Assembly (NCBI GenBank): GCA_023205875.1
Contig: CP060766.1
Span: forward strand, 434,001 to 498,000
Source of the DNA: Chloropicon primus
Taxonomy: Eukaryota
Length of the DNA stretch: 64,000 nt
Direction of reading: 5' to 3'
Positions 22,565-31,201 of this stretch are shown in pieces. A model generated the notes under the pieces. That model searched no databases. It was not told the DNA's origin and saw nothing but the letters and a program-made list of their open reading frames with translations. A program made the position numbers and the translations under genes. Within the stretch, counting starts at the first letter, position 1. Every line of letters begins with the position of its first letter.

Positions 22565-23026
22565 ATGGCGTCCTTCAGCAGCAGGATGTCCAGCCTCTCT
22601 CTTTGGGCTCTCGTGGTGTGCCTCTTCGCCTCCGGGATTGGACGCGTTACTGGCACTTACTCGCTTTGGTCTCGTTCGACGTCGTCCTACGGAAAGGGAT
22701 CGAGCAGCGTCTCCGGAGGCGGCGGAGCCTCGTGCTTCGGCTCCGACTGCAACTCTGAGACCTCGAGCGGCGCGATCGCCTTCAGCGGTGGAAAGACCCA
22801 ATTTTCGGCTGCAGGCTCCCGGACCCACGACGGAGGAAGCGATGGGAGGAGCTCGTCCTTCGCCCGTGCCGATACGAAGAATACGGGCGCAAAGGCTGAA
22901 TCCGGCCCTGGCGACGGGAGCGCCGGAGCGTACGCGTTCAAGAGAGGTCGATTCAGACTGAGGGATAGGCACGAATCCGGTTCCGGCTCGGCTTACGGTT
23001 TCTTCCGCCCACACTGGTGGGGATGA
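22565..23026 (+). CDS. Secreted Gly/Ser-rich protein with CFGSDC motif, ending FRPHWWG
   Basis: Hydrophobic signal LSLWALVVCLFASG; sits behind the fourth copy of the array promoter. Confidence 0.75.
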   Translation: MASFSSRMSSLSLWALVVCLFASGIGRVTGTYSLWSRSTSSYGKGSSSVSGGGGASCFGSDCNSETSSGAIAFSGGKTQFSAAGSRTHDGGSDGRSSSFARADTKNTGAKAESGPGDGSAGAYAFKRGRFRLRDRHESGSGSAYGFFRPHWWG

Positions 23027-23080
23027 AGAAAGAGGAGCCGCGTGTCGCCTCCTGGCAGATCCCCTCACCTGCCACCACAC

Positions 23081-23162
23081 TCAAGGTCTTTGCATGCCCT
23101 TTTTCCCCAAGAGAAAGAGAGAGCGAGTAAACAAAACAAAACAAAACTGTACTACACACGTA

Positions 23163-23195
<33 letters not shown>

Positions 23196-23644
23196 TCTCA
23201 CTCAATCACTCTGTGTGTGTGTCTTCGCCAAAAACATATCATCGTAGTCGTTGTTCCCGTTCCACGAGGCGGAGAGAGATGTGTCAGCAGCAGTGCGCAA
23301 AGCCAAGAGGGACTAGCATGCCAACTCACCTCGATCAGCAGGGCCTTCATCTTCCTCACGTCCGCGGCTTCCTTGTCGCTCTCGGAGTACCCGCCCTCGA
23401 GCCTCCTCTTCTCCGCCTCCGCAATCCGCTCGGCCAGCTTGACCCTCTGGTTCTGGGACGTCACCGTGTCGTCGACCATCTTCCTCACGCTGCTCGTCAC
23501 ACCCAAGGCGAGCCAACCGGACACCGCGATGACCCCGATCTCGAGCACCGCCCTCGCCCTCGCTCCTCCCCCTCCTCGGGTAACTGACGACGACGACGGC
23601 AACGCGAAGGACGGCGGGCACCATGGGGAGCATGCCGCGGACAT
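23081..23644 (-). CDS. Small hypothetical protein with transit-peptide-like leader, one hydrophobic segment and a coiled coil; exons 23644-23330, 23098-23081
   Basis: ORF reaches a GTGAGT donor in phase 0; a pyrimidine-rich acceptor gives a final GMQRP* exon. Confidence 0.55.
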
Positions 23645-24106
23645 GGAGCAGCGGCGACCGCGCTAGCCACATCTCCCATCGACCTTCGCCTTCGCGACGA
23701 CGACGATGACTCCCATCCCCTATCCCCTGCACCAGCCGCGAACTTGAGACCGCTGAGACCGTCCGCCCGCGGCGCGTCAAAACGTGTTTAGCGAGTGGGA
23801 CGCTCTCTCGTTACGTGCGGCCCGTCGTCGTCGTCGTCGCACCTCTTTGCTCTGCTCTGCCCCTCCGCGCCTTTTGCTCGTTCGCCGAAAACGTTTTTCG
23901 CGCCCAATTCTTCTAACGGCCGAGGCGCGAGGGTTCGGGGCTCAATTGCAGAGAAGAAGAAGGTAAGAGCGCACCGCAAGGGGGAGGGGGGGGGAGGAGG
24001 GCGCCGAGGCACCCTAGCACCGCCTTCCTTTTCTCTTCCTCTTTCGGAAGACCCCTTGCTCGAAAAGAGTGAGCCACGGGACGATTAGTGAAGTGACTGA
24101 CCTCCT

Positions 24107-24598
24107 ATGGCGCCCGTTACAGCTCATATGAATACGATGGTGATGAAGGTCTTGTTTGCGTTGGTGGCCTGCCTCACTCTCGTGAGTGCTGTGCACGGCT
24201 CTTCGACGACGAGGTTCTCCGCCTCGTCCTCTTCGTCCAGCAGCTGTGAGGGCGGCCCGTGCCGCGCGACGGCGAGCGCTTCGAACGACAATGGACAGGA
24301 GATGTCCTCGGCCAGCGTGGTCGTGAGCGGCACTGGCAGAGGGAAGGCCTCGGCTTCCACGGACAACACCGAGGCTTCTGACGAGAAGGAGGGCCCGGGA
24401 TCGCCTTCGGAGGAAACGGAGCGTGGCGACTACATTTCGGGTGCCGATCCATTCTACGAAGAAGAAGTCGAGGACCAGGAAGGCGATGTCAGCGAAGGGC
24501 GCCATACAGCTTGGGACCTCGGATGGGAGTTGGCGCCGCTCCCACCGGTCTGGTCGATTGATGACTTTTGGGGCCTGGTTTGGAGTGACGGCCAGTGA
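24107..24598 (+). CDS. Secreted Ser/Ala-rich protein with CEGGPC motif, acidic linker and Trp-rich tail
   Basis: Signal MKVLFALVACLTLVSAVHG; AT-rich 3' flank; exact start Met uncertain. Confidence 0.75.
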   Translation: MAPVTAHMNTMVMKVLFALVACLTLVSAVHGSSTTRFSASSSSSSSCEGGPCRATASASNDNGQEMSSASVVVSGTGRGKASASTDNTEASDEKEGPGSPSEETERGDYISGADPFYEEEVEDQEGDVSEGRHTAWDLGWELAPLPPVWSIDDFWGLVWSDGQ

Positions 24599-24747
24599 AT
24601 GTTGTGGAGGAGGGTTCCATCGACGAACAAAGGAAAAAGTGCAAAGCTTTAATAACATCATGTTATTTAAGATGCATCTTTGCTCTTGCTTTGGATCATT
24701 ACAAAGACGCCTGTTCCTCTCTTGCTGCATTGAGGCTCGCTTCTATT

Positions 24748-26676
24748 CTAGGGCCAAGTCGAATAGTGACTAAGCGCTTCGAATGGATTGCTCTCAATGT
24801 ATCCGGGTATCGAGGGAGCCTTGACGTCCCCGCAAGCCACGCCCATGTTGTTGTTCCGGCTGCAGGCCTCATCAGCGCCAGTGGACAAAGCATAGGACGC
24901 CGCACCCCTGCTGGATACTGCCTTGGTAGTTTGACTCGAGGGTGTATAGAATGCGCGGCCATTCGACACGCCAATGCCTCCAGCGTTCACGAGCGCTTGA
25001 GGGTTGTTAGTGATTGAGAACGCAGGGACGGCTCCAACGTATCCCAAGCCAAAGGACTGATCTATTTTGTTGTACGGGCCTACGCCACTGAAGTAAGCGT
25101 CGGCCGTGATGGTGGTGGGCTTGCCACCATCTGTGTCTTTCTCGGTCGTGACATCCGCCACGAGGGAGGCAGAGGGCTGGATGAGGTTAGGGAACCCACT
25201 GACTCCCATCACACCTCCGAGAGCGACGTATGCGGTGTCCGACGCCACATAGGAGGCCGCCACACCTGTTGCCTGGCCGTCGCCCTGGACAACGGAGTAA
25301 CTTTGGGATTTTGGCTTGGGAACGTCGGAAAGGCCTGTCGAGTACGACGCGTCCGCAAAGTTGGCGATGATCCCGGTTCCCTTGACATCGGACCGTACGG
25401 CCGTTCGACCCTCGTCGTTGGCGCTAACGTCTGTGCTGGCCATGCCCCCTGACGCGCCTCTGGCGTATGGTCCCCCCACAGAGGCGGCAGAGTGGGAGCT
25501 CTTGGTACTCTTGACGTTCCCATCAGCCGGGCACCCATTCTCCTCGCACTGCTTGTTGGAGCTCACAGCAAATCCCCCCGGACCAGCAGCCTTTGTCTTG
25601 GTCGTGCCCCCGACTTGCGACTGGAGCAGCTTCCTGCCAAGATGGACCTGCGGATCGGTCTTAAAGCCCTTAAAGAGGTCGGTGAAGGCCACCACCATGT
25701 CCACAAGATTTTCGAACCCCTCATCAGCACCGTCCGTGTCACACTCAACGTCCATGCCATTCTCGCTGCACTTATCCTTCAATGACTCTCCTTGTGAGAA
25801 TCCCGCGGCCTTGGTGCCCCTCGTGGTGTGAGCTTCGACAACCTGCTGGGGGTCCTGCCGATCGAATTTCAACTTTGCGTATCCGTTCGCCAGACCATAG
25901 CCCTGCGCGTTCGTATAGACGATCCCCTTCGAATCGTCTCCACCGAACCCGGAGGCCTGCCCCATGCCGTTCAGGTAAGCGTCCGACATGGCCTCAAACG
26001 TATTGTCCTGCTTGAGCTCGGCATCTGTGACGCTTGATAAGAACGCATACGGGTTGTGGTGTGAAGGATAGGCGCTCGTGCCGTTCACCAAGTTGATCGC
26101 CAACACCGCGTTCGTGTCGTCTTTGAAAACAGTCCCCGCCCCTCGGGCCAAGCCCGAGCCCTGCAGAAAAGAGCCGATGGTGACCTTGGCGAGCGGGGCC
26201 TTCGGATCGACATGCTCTGCTCCTTCCTCGAACGTTCTGGACACTGCCGAGACGGAGTTACTGATGTGGCCGTAGCCAGCAGACTGGGACAACGCCGAGG
26301 TCAGCGGCACGACGGCGGTAGAGGCTTCGGGCAAAATGACCTGAGACATGGCGTTCGAGAGTCCCCTGGGATCGTGCCCCGTGATCGCGGTGTGCGCGAA
26401 GGACGATGAGATCGACGATTCCATTCCCGGGTGGCAGTGTGTTCCCGAACACTGCGCGTTCCCTGCTCGAGCAAAGTGCCCCCTGCCCTCGCCGGACGCC
26501 TTGCTCTGTCCAGCAACGTCCGCCGCGGAGGCGGAGGCAGCGAGGAGGAGCAGAGCCAGGGAGAGGAGAGACAAGGGTGCCAAGGGTGCGACGGCGGCGG
26601 CGAAAGAGTAGGAGGAGGAAGACTTGTGGTTTCCGCGCCTCCTCGTTGTCGTCATCCCTCTGCTGCTGGTGCTCAT
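24748..26676 (-). CDS. Secreted 642-aa protein made of two homologous domains separated by GRKLLQ
   Basis: Long intronless ORF; hydrophobic signal LSLLSLALLLLAASASA; internal repeat visible by eye. Confidence 0.85.
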   Translation of the reverse strand: MSTSSRGMTTTRRRGNHKSSSSYSFAAAVAPLAPLSLLSLALLLLAASASAADVAGQSKASGEGRGHFARAGNAQCSGTHCHPGMESSISSSFAHTAITGHDPRGLSNAMSQVILPEASTAVVPLTSALSQSAGYGHISNSVSAVSRTFEEGAEHVDPKAPLAKVTIGSFLQGSGLARGAGTVFKDDTNAVLAINLVNGTSAYPSHHNPYAFLSSVTDAELKQDNTFEAMSDAYLNGMGQASGFGGDDSKGIVYTNAQGYGLANGYAKLKFDRQDPQQVVEAHTTRGTKAAGFSQGESLKDKCSENGMDVECDTDGADEGFENLVDMVVAFTDLFKGFKTDPQVHLGRKLLQSQVGGTTKTKAAGPGGFAVSSNKQCEENGCPADGNVKSTKSSHSAASVGGPYARGASGGMASTDVSANDEGRTAVRSDVKGTGIIANFADASYSTGLSDVPKPKSQSYSVVQGDGQATGVAASYVASDTAYVALGGVMGVSGFPNLIQPSASLVADVTTEKDTDGGKPTTITADAYFSGVGPYNKIDQSFGLGYVGAVPAFSITNNPQALVNAGGIGVSNGRAFYTPSSQTTKAVSSRGAASYALSTGADEACSRNNNMGVACGDVKAPSIPGYIESNPFEALSHYSTWP

Positions 26677-28930
26677 GATGGTGGTGGTGATGGTTGCGTG
26701 GAAGTGAAACGGTGACTCGCAACGCCTTTGGTTGTTGTTGTTGTTGTTGTTGTTGTTGTTCTGGTGGTGGGCGCCTCGGTCGAGCGGCTCACGTCAATTG
26801 TGAGGAGAGGGATGGGAGGATGGGCCGCATCCATCCATTCCTTCGCACTCGCCTTTGCCGTTACATCTCCTAGAGTCCCAGAGTGGATTGCCGTGGTTTC
26901 ATTTTCCAATTCGCAAATTTCGGGAGATCAGGAGAAAATGGAGGACAGGCTGTGACTCAAGGGGCGGGCAACTTCTTGAGAGGAGAGGAGAGGGGAGAGG
27001 AGAGGGACATCCTGTCCATGTCATAAGTTAGAGCATCTTTATTTTGTGACACTCATCACACTGTTAATGCCTTCTCATGATGATCATTCGCTTTTAAGTG
27101 ATATTGATTTGCCTTTACATTCTCTCGTTGATCCTGTCCTCCGTCCTCCGTCCTCTGTCCGAAACCAAGTCGTATCCTACAACTCAGACGTCGATGCATC
27201 ACATGCCGACACTCGAAGATGGTTCTGATGACCTCCAAAAGTAAGGATGCGTCTTCACAAGGATGCTGCTGCCGACCTTAACCCTATTCCTCCGTTATCC
27301 ACCACCCTCGAGCCCTTTATCTGGTCATGCCCCCGACTTGCGACTGGAGCAGCTTCCTGCCAAGGTGGACCTGCGGATCGGTCTTGAAGCCCTTAAAGAG
27401 GTCGTCGATGTCCACCACCATGTCCACAAGATTTTCGAACCCCTCATCAGCACCGTCCGTGTCACACTCAACGTCCATGCCATTCTCGCTGCACTTATCC
27501 TTCAATGACTCTCCTTGTGAGAATCCCGCGGCCTTGGTGCCCCTCGTGGTGTGAGCTTCGACAACCTGCTGGGGGTCCTGCCGATCGAATTTCAACTTTG
27601 CGTATCCGTTCGCCAGACCATAGCCCTGCGCGTTCGTATAGACGATCCCCTTCGAATCGTCTCCACCGAACCCGGAGGCCTGCCCCATGCCGTTCAGGTA
27701 AGCGTCCGACATGGCCTCAAACGTATTGTCCTGCTTGAGCTCGGCATCTGTGACGCTTGATAAGAACGCATACGGGTTGTGGTGTGAAGGATAGGCGCTC
27801 GTGCCGTTCACCAAGTTGATCGCCAACACCGCGTTCGTGTCGTCTTTGAAAACAGTCCCCGCCCCTCGGGCCAAGCCCGAGCCCTGCAGAAAAGAGCCGA
27901 TGGTGACCTTGGCGAGCGGGGCCTTCGGATCGACATGCTCTGCTCCTTCCTCGAACGTTCTGGACACTGCCGAGACGGAGTTACTGATGTGGCCGTAGCC
28001 AGCAGACTGGGACAACGCCGAGGTCAGCGGCACGACGGCGGTAGAGGCTTCGGGCAAAATGACCTGAGACATGGCGTTCGAGAGTCCCCTGGGATCGTGC
28101 CCCGTGATCGCGGTGTGCGCGAAGGACGATGAGATCGACGATTCCATTCCCGGGTGGCAGTGTGTTCCCGAACACTGCGCGTTCCCTGCTCGAGCAAAGT
28201 GCCCCCTGCCCTCGCCGGACGCCTTGCTCTGTCCAGCAACGTCCGCCGCGGAGGCGGAGGCAGCGAGGAGGAGCAGAGCCAGGGAGAGGAGAGACAAGGG
28301 TGCCAAGGGTGCGACGGCGGCGGCGAAAGAGTAGGAGGAGGAAGACTTGTGGTTTCCGCGCCTCCTCGTTGTCGTCATCCCTCTGCTGCTGGTGCTCATG
28401 ATGGTGGTGGTGATGGTTGCGTGGAAGTGAAACGGTGACTCGCAACGCCTTTGGTTGTTGTTGTTGTTGTTGTTGTTGTTGTTCTGGTGGTGGGCGCCTC
28501 GGTCGAGCGGCTCACGTCAATTGTGAGGAGAGGGATGGGAGGATGGGCCGCATCCATCCATTCCTTCGCACTCGCCTTTGCCGTTACATCTCCTAGAGTC
28601 CCAGAGTGGATTGCCGTGGTTTCATTTTCCAATTCGCAAATTTCGGGAGATCAGGAGAAAATGGAGGACAGGCTGTGACTCAAGGGGCGGGCAACTTCTT
28701 GAGAGGAGAGGAGAGGGGAGAGGAGAGGGACATCCTGTCCATGTCATAAGTTAGAGCATCTTTATTTTGTGACACTCATCACACTGTTAATGCCTTCTGA
28801 TGATGATCATTCGCTTTTAAGTGATATTGATTTGCCTCGTCGATCCTGTCCTCCGTCCTCCGTCCTCTGTCCGAAACCAAGTCGTATCCTACAACTCGGA
28901 CGTCGATGCATCACATGCCGACACTCGAAG
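25606..28930. repeat. ~1.6 kb direct duplication (25606-27218 and 27329-28930, offset 1723 bp)
   Basis: ORF-track translations in several frames are identical across the centre; substitutions cluster near both ends. Confidence 0.95.
27317..28399 (-). CDS. Truncated duplicate of the 642-aa secreted protein (signal + domain 1, ends GRKLLQSQVGGMTR*)
   Basis: Identical N-terminal region; VAFTD>VDIDD change near the end; its upstream region was duplicated with it. Confidence 0.7.
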   Translation of the reverse strand: MSTSSRGMTTTRRRGNHKSSSSYSFAAAVAPLAPLSLLSLALLLLAASASAADVAGQSKASGEGRGHFARAGNAQCSGTHCHPGMESSISSSFAHTAITGHDPRGLSNAMSQVILPEASTAVVPLTSALSQSAGYGHISNSVSAVSRTFEEGAEHVDPKAPLAKVTIGSFLQGSGLARGAGTVFKDDTNAVLAINLVNGTSAYPSHHNPYAFLSSVTDAELKQDNTFEAMSDAYLNGMGQASGFGGDDSKGIVYTNAQGYGLANGYAKLKFDRQDPQQVVEAHTTRGTKAAGFSQGESLKDKCSENGMDVECDTDGADEGFENLVDMVVDIDDLFKGFKTDPQVHLGRKLLQSQVGGMTR

Positions 28931-29098
28931 AAAGTAAGGCCTCGTCGTCACAACGTGTAAGTCAGAAGAATGCTGCTGCTGCTGCTGCTGCTGCTGCTAA
29001 CCGTCATCCCCATCGGTTGTCCACCGCACTCTTACATTTGAGACTATACTCCAAGGTGGTCATCCACCTTCTCCTTCCTCCTTCCTCTCGCAGTCGCG

Positions 29099-30325
29099 AT
29101 GGAACTGCTGACGATTGCTCTGGCGCTGTTCCTGGTGCTAGTCGGCTTCGGCCTGGGCACCACCCTCGAGCCATCCAGCATTCGTGCAGCGGTTAAGCAT
29201 CCTTCGGGCCTCATCTGCGCCGCTTGCTGCCAGTTTGGCTTCATGCCACTGATAAGTTACCTCCTCTGCAATGCTTTCTCTCTGCCAAAAGACGTGGCAC
29301 TCGGGGTCATCCTGGTAGGGAGTTCCCCTGGAGGGTCGACCAGCAACTTGTTCACATACTGGTGCAGAGGAAACGTAGCCCTGAGCATCGCTGCCTCGGC
29401 ATTCTCAACTCTAGCTGCCTTTGGCCTCATGTGAGTAAACACACGAAACCAATGCAGATGCAGGTCAGCGACTACCCAAGGCAAGATGCCTGCCGGTTGG
29501 TGGCGGTGGACTCCATCCACAATCTTCTCCCCTCCCTCCATCGTCCTGCCACCTGCTGGAGAGAGGGAAGGTTCCTGGTTCCTGGGTTCGTCCATACCAT
29601 TCCATCCCATCCCACATTCCAGCTCACACCATTGACTTGTTCTTGTTGTCCTTGTTTGTCATCATCATCGTCATTGTTGCTGCAGGCCGCTCGCGTTGTA
29701 CCTGTACGGCGAGGAGGCGTACGGGATAGAGACGAAGATCCCTTGGGTGAGTCTGGTGATTTCTCTGCTGCTCTGTGTCGTACCATGTGCCTGCGGCATC
29801 GGTCTGCGGCACAAGAACACCCAAGGAGGCTGCAGGGGGATGATGTACTGGGAGTGGGCGGAGAAGGTCGGCAGCATTGCTGGGGGAGTGTTTCTCGCCG
29901 TTGCCGTGGTCTACGGCTGCGTCACGAACGAGGAGCTGTTCACGGCGACCGATTGGAAAATTTGGGTCTGTTGTGGCCTTCAGGAGCCCATCGGTGCGTT
30001 GCTGGGGTTCACCCTGGCCGCTGTCACGGGCCTGTCGATCCGTGATCGGTGCACCATCGCCCTGGAGACGGGGGTCCAGGCCAGCACCCTGGCCATTGCC
30101 GTCACAGAGCTGAGCTTCTCGGACGGGAGAGTCAAGGACCGCGTGATGAAAGGTCCTCTCACGTACTCGCTCTTCTACCTGTTCCACAGCATGTGGATCG
30201 TCCTCCTGTTCCGAAGGCTGACGTCAGAGGAGCCCCAGTCCGTCCACCACGGCGGGGGAGTCGAGCTGACCAAGGCCAAGGCCAAGGCCAAGGCCACGAC
30301 GACGGAGGACAAGGGCCGAGTGTAA
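29099..30325 (+). CDS. Bile acid:sodium symporter (SBF/SLC10) family transporter; exons 29099-29430, 29686-30325
   Basis: CQFGFMPL, SPGGSTSNLFTYW..GNVALS, TIALETGVQAS; GT-AG intron in frame. Confidence 0.92.
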
Positions 30326-30419
30326 CAAAACAACGGTTTTATATATTTTTTTATAGGTGAAAGGTGGGCCACGAGGTGAGAGCAGAGCACCAGCATGGGT
30401 ATGGATGCCCTCGTCCCGC

Positions 30420-30851
30420 TCAAGCCCCAATTCCAGATTCCCCTTCCCTTTCCTCCTCCTCCTCCTCCCTCACGAGCGTTTGCTTCATCCCGAGCTTCTC
30501 CAGGAGGGCGAAGGCCTCGTCCTGGACTTGCCTCTCCAGCTTCGCCAGGTCCTCGAGCTCCTCACAGGCGTCCGCCACCGCCCGACCCAGTGGCGTATTC
30601 GGATTCAGACTGTTCCCTCGCACCGTCCAGTCCTCGCTCTCGAGCAGAAGGCCATCCTCACTCTCATCAACTTGAGCATCAGCATCAGCAACAACTTCGT
30701 CGTCGTCGTCTTCTTTCGCTGCGCGGACGGAGTCAACCTTTCGGCGTCGTGGCCAAGGGATGCGTCGACGGCTGGCCGCGATGCCGGCATCCCCTTGCCG
30801 CACCGAAGCGGTGCACCGCCGGGTCACAAGACACCTCAACCTCAACCTCAT
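30420..30851 (-). CDS. Hypothetical protein with Arg-rich transit-peptide-like leader and helical acidic domain
   Basis: SLNPNTPLGRAVADACEELEDLAKLERQVQDEAFALLEKLG; coding-like codon bias. Confidence 0.6.
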   Translation of the reverse strand: MRLRLRCLVTRRCTASVRQGDAGIAASRRRIPWPRRRKVDSVRAAKEDDDDEVVADADAQVDESEDGLLLESEDWTVRGNSLNPNTPLGRAVADACEELEDLAKLERQVQDEAFALLEKLGMKQTLVREEEEEEREGESGIGA

Positions 30852-31201
30852 CCTTCTCCTCCTCGAGGATCTTATGAGGGATTTTCTGCAAAACTTTGGC
30901 ACACAAGAGGAGAGAGATGTCCATCAGAGATGGATGATGGGATGGATGAATGGGATGGATGATGGGATGGGGAACATTGCCCATTGCCCTCCACACTTTC
31001 TCTCTCTCCCTCTCTCCCTCCCTCTCTCTCTCTCTCTCTCTCCCGTTGGGGAGGATTGGACCCATGCAAGGAAGTGGCGGAAGGGGGAGAGAAGGTCAGG
31101 AGGGCGATGCACCCTTTGTGCGTCTTTTGTTGCTCCTCCAGTCGACAAAAGCCTCAACAATATCTTACTTCTTTTTTGTTCACATTGTCAGAAAAAAAAG
31201 G

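Noticed and set aside
27077..27230. ATGATGA...CTGA as a C/D snoRNA
   Set aside because: No recognisable rRNA guide, and the CTGA end is not kept in the duplicate copy near 28800-28930.
18842..28930. Transposon or viral insertion as the source of the duplications
   Set aside because: No transposase, reverse transcriptase, integrase, capsid, TIR or LTR seen.
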